A model generated the notes under the pieces. It was not told the DNA's origin and did no database searches. It saw only the letters and a list, made by a program, of their open reading frames with translations. Positions 10,031-18,974 of a DNA stretch of 63,169 bases are shown here, piece after piece (position 1 is the stretch's first letter; each line of letters starts with the position of its first letter). A program made the translations under genes and the position numbers. The stretch is from the IMG/VR virus record IMGVR_UViG_3300009184_000047, positions 1 to 63,169 of that record; one strand, given 5' to 3'. Origin of the DNA: a virus. Lineage: Duplodnaviria > Caudoviricetes.

Positions 10031-10072
10031 GGCAAAAAATGACTATAATATACACATAAATAAGGACTTAAT

Positions 10073-11461
10073 ATGGCTTCCACCTATTCAACCAGTTTAA
10101 GAATACAGCTTATTGGCACAGGCGACCAGTCTGGTGTCTGGGGTACTTCTACAAACAATAATCTAGGCACTCTAATAGAGCAAGCCATTACTAATGTAGG
10201 ATCAATTACCCTTTCTGGATCTACCTATACTTTATCTTCATATAACGGCATTACAGATGAATCAAGAAATGCTGTATTAGTATTTTCTGGATCATTAGGT
10301 GCAGCTTGTACAGTTGTAGCTCCAGCTGTATCAAAAACATATATTGTAAGAAATAATACTACTGGTGGGCAAAATGTTATTATGTCTGTAGGCGTTGGTT
10401 CTACAGTGACTATTCCAAATGGTCAAACATACATTATTTACTCAGATGGATCTAATTTCTATTCAGCAAGTAATTATAACTCAAGTAATGTTCAAATCAC
10501 TGGTGGTACGATTGATGGAACAACCATTGGTGGAACTACTCAAGCAGCGGGTTCATTCTCTGATTTAACTGCTTATAATAACGCTACATTTGGCGTATCT
10601 AGTGCGGCACAAACAGTTTCTATTACTACAGCAACTCCAGCACTTGTAACTATGGCTGTGGGTTCTACACCATCTCCAAACGCAAGAGTTACATTTACAT
10701 CTTCTGGTACATTACCAGTGCCTCTTACAGCTGGTACAACTTACTATGTAGTAAAAATTAATAGTACAACATTTAACTTATCTACAACATCTGGCGGTGG
10801 TTCTTTAGTTAATACAACCAGTGGATATACTGGTACCATTTCAATGGTAACTAATTCAGATGTTACATTTAATACACCTACAGTCAACGTACCTAATAAC
10901 TTAATATTTGTAGGTACTGGTGCTGTTGCAGTTCCTAAAGGTACTACAGCTCAAGAGCCAGGTAGTCCAGTAGCTGGTATGATTAGATATAATACAGAAA
11001 CAGAATCTTTTGAAGGTTATTCTGGCGGTGCATGGGGTCAAATTAACGGTGGATCTAATATTACAGGTTCTGGTTTATGGCAAAACAGTCAAAACATTAC
11101 AGTAACTCAACTTGTATCCTCTGGTTATAGTGCAATGAGTTCTGGTCCAATTTCTATAGCATCGCCATATTCACCTCAAACATTTACAGTAACGATTGCA
11201 AGCCCAGGCGTAGTGACTGTGCCTACTACACTATTACCAACTGGTACTACAGTTGAACTAACAACTACTGGAGCATTACCTACAGGGCTTTCTACTGGAG
11301 TGACTTATTTTGTGGTTAATCCATCAGGTCTTACATTCCAACTAGCTTTAACCGCTAATGGCACCCCAATTACAACAACTGGTACCCAGTCAGGTATACA
11401 CACTATTACACCTACCGTGTATGTTAGCGTCCCAAGTGGATCACGCTGGGTAATCATTTAA
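10073..11461 (+). CDS. Tail fibre protein
   Basis: MASTYS...GDQSGVWG anchor; GMIRYNTETESFEGY; C-terminal VPSGSRWVII. Confidence 0.7.
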   Translation: MASTYSTSLRIQLIGTGDQSGVWGTSTNNNLGTLIEQAITNVGSITLSGSTYTLSSYNGITDESRNAVLVFSGSLGAACTVVAPAVSKTYIVRNNTTGGQNVIMSVGVGSTVTIPNGQTYIIYSDGSNFYSASNYNSSNVQITGGTIDGTTIGGTTQAAGSFSDLTAYNNATFGVSSAAQTVSITTATPALVTMAVGSTPSPNARVTFTSSGTLPVPLTAGTTYYVVKINSTTFNLSTTSGGGSLVNTTSGYTGTISMVTNSDVTFNTPTVNVPNNLIFVGTGAVAVPKGTTAQEPGSPVAGMIRYNTETESFEGYSGGAWGQINGGSNITGSGLWQNSQNITVTQLVSSGYSAMSSGPISIASPYSPQTFTVTIASPGVVTVPTTLLPTGTTVELTTTGALPTGLSTGVTYFVVNPSGLTFQLALTANGTPITTTGTQSGIHTITPTVYVSVPSGSRWVII

Positions 11462-11470
11462 GGAGATATT

Positions 11471-12253
11471 ATGGCAGTCACACTCAACGCATCAACATCA
11501 AGTGGATTTATACAAACCGCTGACACATCTGGGTCTATTCAATTACAAGCTAACGGGACAACTGTATTAACAGCTGGATCAACAGGCGTAGTAATCCCAG
11601 CAGGTACTACAGCAATAGCTCCATTACAATTAACATCTGGTACTAACTTAACATCTGCTACAGCAGGCTCAATTGAGTACAATGGTTATTCACCATACTT
11701 TACACCATTTGGTACAAGTAGAGGCATAGTTCAAGCATCACAATACTATGAATTAAATACAGCATATGCTGGTGCTAACGTTAGTACAGTGCAATCACTA
11801 TTTGGTTTAACCAATGGTTTTACTTTACAAGCATCTACTATTTATGAATTTGAATCTGTTTTTGCATTATGTAAGACTGCTGGTACTACTTCTCATACTA
11901 TTTCTTTAGGGTATGGTGGAACTGCTACTATAAATAATATTTTAGTTCAAACATCTGGTAATTTTGTTGGTGGACAGCCACCAGTAAGTCAAATATCAAC
12001 TAATGCAGTACAATTGGCTATATCAAATTCAGTAGCAGCAAATGTAGTATCTACAGCTAGTGTAACTGCAAGTGTTACATTTTTCGCAATTGTTAAAGGA
12101 ACAGTATCCATTAACGCTGCAGGTACATTCCTACCACAATACACATTATCAGCAGCTCCAGGCGGTGCATTCACAACCCAAATTGGTAGCTATTTCAAAA
12201 TTGCCCCATTAGCCGCATCAGGTGCTAACGTATCTATTGGTAACGTAAGTTAA
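11471..12253 (+). CDS. Tail fibre-associated / receptor-binding protein
   Basis: AAGGAG RBS; ADTSGSIQLQ N-terminus related to the downstream Gly-rich proteins. Confidence 0.6.
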   Translation: MAVTLNASTSSGFIQTADTSGSIQLQANGTTVLTAGSTGVVIPAGTTAIAPLQLTSGTNLTSATAGSIEYNGYSPYFTPFGTSRGIVQASQYYELNTAYAGANVSTVQSLFGLTNGFTLQASTIYEFESVFALCKTAGTTSHTISLGYGGTATINNILVQTSGNFVGGQPPVSQISTNAVQLAISNSVAANVVSTASVTASVTFFAIVKGTVSINAAGTFLPQYTLSAAPGGAFTTQIGSYFKIAPLAASGANVSIGNVS

Positions 12254-12265
12254 GGAGAAATAAAA

Positions 12266-13186
12266 ATGTCAAGCGTTGTCATTTCAGGCGATACATCAGG
12301 CTCAGTCACTCTTTCAGTTCCAGCAGTTTCTGGATCTAACACACTTACTTTTCCTGCTCTTACAGGCACATTACAACTTGGCTATACAGCTTCTTATTTA
12401 GTTGTTGCTGGAGGTGGTGGTGGAGCTGGAGACTTAGGTGGTGGCGGTGGAGCTGGTGGATATATTACTGGTACAACAACTTTAACCGTAGGTACAGTTT
12501 ATACTGCAACTATAGGCGGTGGAGGAGCTGGTGGAGTGCCTGGAGCTGGAACATCTGGAACAAGTTCAACTTTTACTGGTATTACAACTGCAGTAGGCGG
12601 TGGTAATGGTGGTTCTGGAACTGGTGGTTCTGGTGGTGGGGTTAGAGGAAATGGCCCTGCTGGTATAGGAACACCTGGTCAAGGTAATAATGGAGCCAAT
12701 GCTCCTAATAATGATAACTCTGGTGGTGGTGGAGGAGGCGCTGGTGGCGCTGGTACTATATCTAGAGTATCTCCAGCATCAGCTGGAACTGGAGGATTAG
12801 GTACTGCATCTTCAATCACGGGTTCATCAGTAACTTATGCTGGTGGAGGTGGTGGAGGTGGTGGCTATCCCGCAGCTCCTTCTGCACCAGCTGGCATTGG
12901 AGGCCCTGGTACACCTGCAATTTCTGGAGGAAATGGAGGAACTGGCCCTGCTGGAGGCCCAGCAACAAGTGGTGGTGCTGGAGTTGTAAATACTGGCGGT
13001 GGTGGTGGTGGTGGTGGTGTAGCATCCCCATCAGGACCAGGTGGTGCTGGTGGTTCAGGTGTTGTAATTCTTTCTGTACCTACTGCATCTTATACAGGAA
13101 CATTGACTGGAACATATACAACAGGAACTTCAGGATCTAATACAATTATAAAATGGACCACGGGTTCAGGAACCTACACTGCATAA
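12266..13186 (+). CDS. Glycine-rich (polyglycine-II-type) fibre-tip protein 1
   Basis: YLVVAGGGGG...NTGGGGGG...GGSGVVILSVP...WTTGSGTYTA. Confidence 0.75.
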   Translation: MSSVVISGDTSGSVTLSVPAVSGSNTLTFPALTGTLQLGYTASYLVVAGGGGGAGDLGGGGGAGGYITGTTTLTVGTVYTATIGGGGAGGVPGAGTSGTSSTFTGITTAVGGGNGGSGTGGSGGGVRGNGPAGIGTPGQGNNGANAPNNDNSGGGGGGAGGAGTISRVSPASAGTGGLGTASSITGSSVTYAGGGGGGGGYPAAPSAPAGIGGPGTPAISGGNGGTGPAGGPATSGGAGVVNTGGGGGGGGVASPSGPGGAGGSGVVILSVPTASYTGTLTGTYTTGTSGSNTIIKWTTGSGTYTA

Positions 13187-14121
13187 TGACTCAACTTATA
13201 CTTTCTGGCGACACCTCAGGCTCTATTACTCTTGCAGTACCAGCTATTGCTGGTAATCAAACTGTAACTATTCCAGCAGGTACAGGAACAGCGTTACTTG
13301 CACCATATACAGTTTCTTATTTAGTTGTAGCTGGTGGTGCAGGTGGTGGCTCATCTGGAGGTGGAGGCGGTGCAGGTGGTTATATTACTGGAACAACTGC
13401 TTTATCAATTGGAACTGTTTATACAGCAGTGGTAGGTGGTGGAGGTGCTGGAGCAGCAACTGGAACTGCGGATAAAGGTACAAATGGTACTGACTCAACA
13501 TTTACAGGATTAACATCCGCTGTTGGCGGTGGTGGAGGCGGTGGAAATCAAGCAGCTCCAACTGGAAATGGTCAAAATGGTGGTTCAGGTGGCGGTGCAG
13601 GTTCTTCAGGAACTGCAGTAGTAGGCGGAACAGCAACTCCAGGTCAAGGCAATAACGGTGGTGCTGGATCAACAGTTGCTCCCTCTTACGCTTCTGGTGG
13701 TGGAGGTGGATCAAGTGCTATAGGTGCTACAGGAACACCAGGAGTCTCAGGTGCTGGTGGCGCTGGAACATCCTCTTCAATTACAGGATCTGCAGTAATT
13801 TATGCAGGGGGTGGTGGTGGTGGTGCATATGCAGGACCAGGAGTAGGCTTAGGTGGGCCAGGCACTCCAGGCGTTTCTGGCGGTAATGGTGGTACAACTA
13901 CAGGTACCAATGGAGTAGCTAATACAGGAGGAGGCGCTGGCGGTGGAGGTGGTGGCGCTACACGTTATGCTGGTGGAACTGGCGGTTCAGGCGTAGTTAT
14001 ATTAAGTGTTCCAACTACTAACTATTCAGGAACAACTACAGGATCTCCAACTATAACAACAAGCGGATCTAATACTATAATTAAATGGACAACAGCAGGA
14101 TCAGGAACTTATACAGCATGA
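13186..14121 (+). CDS. Glycine-rich fibre-tip protein 2
   Basis: Start revised to the TAATG-coupled ATG at 13186 (MTQLILSGDTSGS, parallel to paralog 1). Confidence 0.75.
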   Translation: MTQLILSGDTSGSITLAVPAIAGNQTVTIPAGTGTALLAPYTVSYLVVAGGAGGGSSGGGGGAGGYITGTTALSIGTVYTAVVGGGGAGAATGTADKGTNGTDSTFTGLTSAVGGGGGGGNQAAPTGNGQNGGSGGGAGSSGTAVVGGTATPGQGNNGGAGSTVAPSYASGGGGGSSAIGATGTPGVSGAGGAGTSSSITGSAVIYAGGGGGGAYAGPGVGLGGPGTPGVSGGNGGTTTGTNGVANTGGGAGGGGGGATRYAGGTGGSGVVILSVPTTNYSGTTTGSPTITTSGSNTIIKWTTAGSGTYTA

Positions 14122-14384
14122 TGACTATAGAACAACTTATACAAGAATTTACTAACGAACAAGGATTTCAATTTGGCATAGATATTGTCATGAAATCTTT
14201 ACGCCCTAACGCACTGTATTGTTTAAGTGCATCTGGTGGCACATTTAACATTGTAGAATGGGATGAATCTAATGAACTCCCAGCACCTACATCACAAGAA
14301 ATCAGAGACGAGTATATTCGTCATCAAACGATTAAAGAAATGTTAGAATACTTAGATACTAAACAAGATAGGAAAACTGCATAA
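14118..14384 (+). CDS. XkdW-like tail fibre chaperone
   Basis: SLRPNA...W...PAPTSQEI motif, between fibre genes; start revised. Confidence 0.5.
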   Translation: MMTIEQLIQEFTNEQGFQFGIDIVMKSLRPNALYCLSASGGTFNIVEWDESNELPAPTSQEIRDEYIRHQTIKEMLEYLDTKQDRKTA

Positions 14385-15364
14385 TGCCATTTTTAGTTGA
14401 TGGAACCAATGGTAATCAGTTTGCTACTTGGACAACTGCTACCCGACCTTCTTCTCCTGTAACAGGACAGGTGGGTTATAACACTACTACAGGTCAATTA
14501 GAAGTGTATAACGCTACTTACTCAACATGGAGTACTGTTGGAACATCAGGAAATAATTATTCCGCTTCATACCTTATAGTTGCTGGTGGAGCAGGTGGAG
14601 GTGGTAACTGGGGCGGAGGAGGTGGAGCTGGTGGCTATTTAACTGGCACAGCAACACTTATTTCTGGTACAGTTTATACAGCTACAGTAGGTGCAGGGGG
14701 TATTGGTGGTAATAATTCAGTAGTTGCCACAAATGGAACAAATTCTACATTTACTGGCTTAACAACAGCTGTAGGTGGTGGTGCTGGCGGTGGTTCTAGT
14801 GCGCCTGCGGCTGTTTCAGGTGGTTCAGGTGGTGGAGCGCAAGGATCTACTAATTCAGCTGTTGGAGCTTCTGGTACTCCTGGCCAAGGTAACACTGGTG
14901 GGCCAGCTATAGGAACAAATATTAATGGCGGTGGTGGAGGAGGCTCTTCTGCTGCTGGTCAAGGTGGTGGTACAGGATCTTTAGGCACTGGTGGAGCAGG
15001 AACAGCTTCAAGTATTACTGGAACTCCAGCTACATACGCAGGCGGTGGAGGTGGCGGTGGATATAGCCCTCCTGGAGCAAATGGCGCTGCTGGTGGTTCA
15101 GGCGGTGGTGGTGCTGGAACAGGAGTTCCAAGTGGAAATGGTACAGCAGGAACAGTTAATACAGGTGGTGGTGGAGGTGGTTCTGGTGGAGGTGGTGCAG
15201 GCACAGGTGGTGCTGGTGGCAGTGGAATAGTAATTCTTTCAATACCAACTTCAAAATATACTGGAACCTATACAGGAACTTTAGCAAGTCCAGGATCACC
15301 GATAGTAAGTGGTGGCAATACAATATTAGCTTGGACCACAGGTTCAGGAACCTACACAGCATAA
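14384..15364 (+). CDS. Glycine-rich fibre-tip protein 3
   Basis: WTTATRPSSPVTGQVGYN N-domain plus the same Gly-rich domain. Confidence 0.75.
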   Translation: MPFLVDGTNGNQFATWTTATRPSSPVTGQVGYNTTTGQLEVYNATYSTWSTVGTSGNNYSASYLIVAGGAGGGGNWGGGGGAGGYLTGTATLISGTVYTATVGAGGIGGNNSVVATNGTNSTFTGLTTAVGGGAGGGSSAPAAVSGGSGGGAQGSTNSAVGASGTPGQGNTGGPAIGTNINGGGGGGSSAAGQGGGTGSLGTGGAGTASSITGTPATYAGGGGGGGYSPPGANGAAGGSGGGGAGTGVPSGNGTAGTVNTGGGGGGSGGGGAGTGGAGGSGIVILSIPTSKYTGTYTGTLASPGSPIVSGGNTILAWTTGSGTYTA

Positions 15365-15372
15365 GGTAAATT

Positions 15373-16359
15373 ATGGCATCAATATTAGACCCATTTAAAG
15401 GACAGACATTTCCAACCTGGACAACAGCTACTCGTCCAGCTTCTCCTATTACAGGTCAAGTAGGCTACAATAATACTACAGCTCAGCTAGAGGTTTATAA
15501 TACAATAGGTGGTTGGCAAAATGCAGGTACATCTGGTAATTTAGTTCCTGTTTCTTACTTGATTATTGCAGGCGGTGGAGGTGGTGGTGGATATCTTGGC
15601 GGAGGTGGTGGCGCTGGTGGATACTTAACTGGCACAGCTAGCTTAACTCCTGGAACAGTATACACAGCAGTTGTAGGCGGTGGTGGCGCAGGTGGTGCTA
15701 ATACCAGTGGAGCAGGAAATGGAACTGCTGGATCAACTTCAACCTTTACAGGATTAACTTCTGCTGTTGGCGGAGGTTATGGCGCTGGAGCTTATAATAC
15801 AGCAGGAGGATCTGGCGGATCTGGTGGTGGTGCAAGCAATAACTCTTCAACAGGCGCAGCTGGTGGCGCAGGCACTCCTGGACAAGGTAATAATGGTGGC
15901 GCTTCAACAGCTTCAACAGTTAATTATGGTGGCGGTGGTGGTGGTGGAGCAGGGGCTGTTGGTAGCAGTGCTGTAACAACAGTAGCAGGTGCAGGTGGTG
16001 CAGGAACTGCTAATTCAATTACTGGAACTCCAGCTACATACGCAGGTGGTGGCGGTAGTGGTAGTTATTTTAGTGCAGCTGCAGCAGGAGGATCTGGCGG
16101 TGGCGGTGCTGGCGGTAATCCAGCAACTGCAGGAACTGCAAATACAGGAGGAGGCGGTGGTGGTGGTGCATCAAATACTCCAGCTTCAGCAACAGCAGTA
16201 GGAGCCGCTGGTGGATCAGGCGTTGTCATTTTATCTGTGCCAACTTCAAGCTATTCTGGTACTTATACTGGAACTTTAGCAAGCCCAGGCGTACCAGTAG
16301 TAAGCGGATCAAATACAATATTAAAATGGACCACTGGTAGTGGTACTTATACGGCTTAA
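15373..16359 (+). CDS. Glycine-rich fibre-tip protein 4
   Basis: Same architecture as protein 3. Confidence 0.75.
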   Translation: MASILDPFKGQTFPTWTTATRPASPITGQVGYNNTTAQLEVYNTIGGWQNAGTSGNLVPVSYLIIAGGGGGGGYLGGGGGAGGYLTGTASLTPGTVYTAVVGGGGAGGANTSGAGNGTAGSTSTFTGLTSAVGGGYGAGAYNTAGGSGGSGGGASNNSSTGAAGGAGTPGQGNNGGASTASTVNYGGGGGGGAGAVGSSAVTTVAGAGGAGTANSITGTPATYAGGGGSGSYFSAAAAGGSGGGGAGGNPATAGTANTGGGGGGGASNTPASATAVGAAGGSGVVILSVPTSSYSGTYTGTLASPGVPVVSGSNTILKWTTGSGTYTA

Positions 16360-16368
16360 GGGAATAAA

Positions 16369-17277
16369 ATGGCTATAGTTATTGATGGAACAAAAGGTGA
16401 AAATTTTCCTACTTGGACGACAGCTACTCGTCCAACAAGCCCTTCTACTGGTCAAACAGGATACAATACTACTACGCTTCAATTAGAGGTATACAATTCA
16501 ACATATGGTAAATGGTTTTCAGTTGGTGTAGACCCATCTGCTCCCTATACTGCTACTTACTTGGTTATTGCTGGTGGTGCTGGTGGCGGTGCTAATGGTT
16601 TCCCAGGATCTAGATCAGGAGCTGGTGGTGGTGCTGGTGGTTATCTGACAGGCACCTTAAGTTTAACTCCAACTACAGTTTATACAGCTGTTGTTGGCGC
16701 TGGTGGACCAGGTGGCGTTACCCCTGCAGGTGTAGGTACAAACGGATCAGCTTCAACCTTCCCAGGTGTTACTGCAACAGTAGGTGGTGGAGGTGGTGGA
16801 TATTCAGGACCTGGCGGTGCTGGTGGTGGATCGTCTGGCGGATCTGGTGGTGGAGGTGGTCGTGATGCTGGTGGCGCAGGCACTCCTGGACAAGGATATA
16901 ATGGAGGCACAGGACCTGGAGGTAATCCTCCTTATGGTGGAGCAGGCGGTGGCGGTTCGGCTGCAGTAGGTGGTAACGGTGGAGGTGCTGCTGGAGGAGC
17001 TGGAACAGCAAACTCTATTACAGGTACTCCATCTACATATGCTGTTGGTGGAACTGGTAATGGAGCTGCGTTAGGAGCTAATAATACTGGTAACGGAGGT
17101 GGCGGTGGTGCTGCTGGACCTTCTAATGGTGGTAATGGAGGCTCTGGGGTAGTTATTTTATCTGTGCCTACAACTTCATATCCAGGAACTGTAACAGGCT
17201 CACCAACAGTGACAACATCAGGAAGTAATACTATAATTAAGTGGACTACAGCTGGGTCTGGAACATATACAGCTTAA
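16369..17277 (+). CDS. Glycine-rich fibre-tip protein 5
   Basis: Same architecture as protein 3. Confidence 0.75.
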   Translation: MAIVIDGTKGENFPTWTTATRPTSPSTGQTGYNTTTLQLEVYNSTYGKWFSVGVDPSAPYTATYLVIAGGAGGGANGFPGSRSGAGGGAGGYLTGTLSLTPTTVYTAVVGAGGPGGVTPAGVGTNGSASTFPGVTATVGGGGGGYSGPGGAGGGSSGGSGGGGGRDAGGAGTPGQGYNGGTGPGGNPPYGGAGGGGSAAVGGNGGGAAGGAGTANSITGTPSTYAVGGTGNGAALGANNTGNGGGGGAAGPSNGGNGGSGVVILSVPTTSYPGTVTGSPTVTTSGSNTIIKWTTAGSGTYTA

Positions 17278-17301
17278 CAATTTTTTAATTAGGAGATACA
17301 C

Positions 17302-17658
17302 ATGTCGCATTTCGCAAAAGTAACAGATGGTAAGGTAACGCAAGTTATCGTAGCCGAAAAAGAATTCTTTGATACCTATGTAGATTCTACACCAGGTGAA
17401 TGGATTCAAACTTCATACAACACACAAGGTGGTAAACATCTTTTAGGTGGCACACCATTACGTGGTAACTACGCTGGTATCGGTTACACATATGACCGTA
17501 CTAATGATGTATTTTATCCAGCACAACCATTCGCAAGCTGGACTATTTCAGCACCAGATTGGACATGGACAGCTCCAGTAGCTATGCCTACAGACGGTAA
17601 AATGTATACATGGGATGAAGCTACTAAGTCTTGGACTGAAGTAACGCTTCCAGCGTAA
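17302..17658 (+). CDS. Putative tail fibre assembly protein
   Basis: MSHFAK...WIQTSYN...RGNYAGIGYTYD...YTWDE family that commonly follows Gly-rich fibre genes. Confidence 0.6.
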   Translation: MSHFAKVTDGKVTQVIVAEKEFFDTYVDSTPGEWIQTSYNTQGGKHLLGGTPLRGNYAGIGYTYDRTNDVFYPAQPFASWTISAPDWTWTAPVAMPTDGKMYTWDEATKSWTEVTLPA

Positions 17659-17762
17659 TGAGATTTATTCTCACGTGCTTATTAACTCTACTATTAGTAG
17701 GGTGCGTCACTTACATGCCTTATGCATGGGGTGAAACAACTGTGACTGAAGGAATAAAATAA
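17658..17762 (+). CDS. 34-aa putative lipoprotein (not in ORF track)
   Basis: MRFILTCLLTLLLVGCVTYMPYAWGETTVTEGIK*; LVGC lipobox; TAATG coupling at both ends. Confidence 0.55.
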   Translation: MRFILTCLLTLLLVGCVTYMPYAWGETTVTEGIK

Positions 17763-18034
17763 TGAACATGGAAAAAATAACAAGCATGTTATTCCCAGTG
17801 ATAGTCTTGGCTATTGCTTGGTTACTTACGTCTATGACTACTATTCAGGCTGACTTAATTACTATTAAATCTAAAATGCCTAATCTTATTACAGAACAAG
17901 GTATACCGACTGACAGCCCAATATCAGCTGAAGCTAGAGCAAGACTTAGAGAAGAACTTAAAGGTCAAATAGCAGAACTATCTATACGTATTAGGTTATT
18001 AGAAGAACATGAAAAATCAAAAGGATTTAAATAA
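17762..18034 (+). CDS. Membrane-anchored coiled-coil protein of the lysis module
   Basis: N-terminal transmembrane segment, C-terminal heptads. Confidence 0.55.
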   Translation: MNMEKITSMLFPVIVLAIAWLLTSMTTIQADLITIKSKMPNLITEQGIPTDSPISAEARARLREELKGQIAELSIRIRLLEEHEKSKGFK

Positions 18035-18525
18035 TGTTTAGCATAATTAGTGGTATATTAGGCTTTGCCACATCTGGACTTCCAAGCCTATTATCTTTCT
18101 TTCAACAACGTGGAGATCAAAAGCATGAACGTGATATGGCTCAAATGCAAAATGAACAAACTTTGGCAATGGCTGAAAAAGGCTACCAAGCTCAACAAAA
18201 AGTAGAAGAAATTCACTTAGAACAATCCCAAGTAGAAGCATTTGCACAAGAAAGAGTAGCTTTATATGCACAAGCGTCTAAAGAATCTGAAGGTGCTTCT
18301 CAATGGATTATTAATTTAAGAGCCTCTGTAAGACCTATCATTACTTATATCATTGTATTTTTACTTGTGTTTGTAGATGTTGGTGGTTTTATGTGGGCTG
18401 TATTTGGTCATACTGGTGTTGATTTTCCAACTGCATTAAATGCAGTATTCTCAGAAACTGAGGAAGCTATATTAACTTCTATTATTGGTTTCTGGTTTGG
18501 TAGTCAAGCATTTAGTAAAAAATAA
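18034..18525 (+). CDS. Putative holin (3TM / GTA holin type)
   Basis: LRASVRPIITY...IIGFWFGS motif; directly upstream of the lysozyme gene. Confidence 0.7.
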   Translation: MFSIISGILGFATSGLPSLLSFFQQRGDQKHERDMAQMQNEQTLAMAEKGYQAQQKVEEIHLEQSQVEAFAQERVALYAQASKESEGASQWIINLRASVRPIITYIIVFLLVFVDVGGFMWAVFGHTGVDFPTALNAVFSETEEAILTSIIGFWFGSQAFSKK

Positions 18526-18971
18526 TGAATATATCAGATGTCGGTATATCCATTATTAAACAGTTTGAAGGCGTTCGTAATCGCCCCTATCGTGATTGTA
18601 TTGGGCTTTGGACTGTTGGTGTGGGTCATCTTATTGGGGATGGCAAATCATTGCCTGAATCTTGGAATAAAACTTTTACAGAAGAAGAAATAAATTCAAT
18701 ACTAAAGCAAGACCTAAAAAGGTTTGAAATTGGAATACATAGATTATTACCTAAAGTTATTCTTAAGCAATGCGAATATGATGCTTTGTGTAGCTTTACT
18801 TTTAATCTTGGTTTGGGAACATTACAGCGATCAACTCTCCGTCAAGCGTTGCTTAGAGGAGATAAAAAGACTGCTGGTGAAAAAATACTAAAGTACTGTT
18901 ACGCTGGTGGCAAGGTAGTTAAAGGCCTTCAGAAAAGAAGAATAGCTGAATATAACTTATTTAAACAATAA
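18525..18971 (+). CDS. Endolysin, GH24 phage lysozyme
   Basis: FEG...YRD...WTVGVGH catalytic E-D-T motif; FNLG; GLQKRR. Confidence 0.92.
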   Translation: MNISDVGISIIKQFEGVRNRPYRDCIGLWTVGVGHLIGDGKSLPESWNKTFTEEEINSILKQDLKRFEIGIHRLLPKVILKQCEYDALCSFTFNLGLGTLQRSTLRQALLRGDKKTAGEKILKYCYAGGKVVKGLQKRRIAEYNLFKQ

Positions 18972-18974
18972 ACT

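Noticed and set aside
12816-17011. Poly-His, poly-Pro and poly-Val ORFs on alternative frames
   Set aside because: Shadows of the GGT/GGA glycine codons of the real genes.
12266-17277. Diversity-generating retroelement or CRISPR-like array behind the repeated Gly-rich genes
   Set aside because: No reverse transcriptase, no adenine-specific TR/VR pair and no repeat-spacer periodicity; the repeats are GGN codon runs within paralogs.
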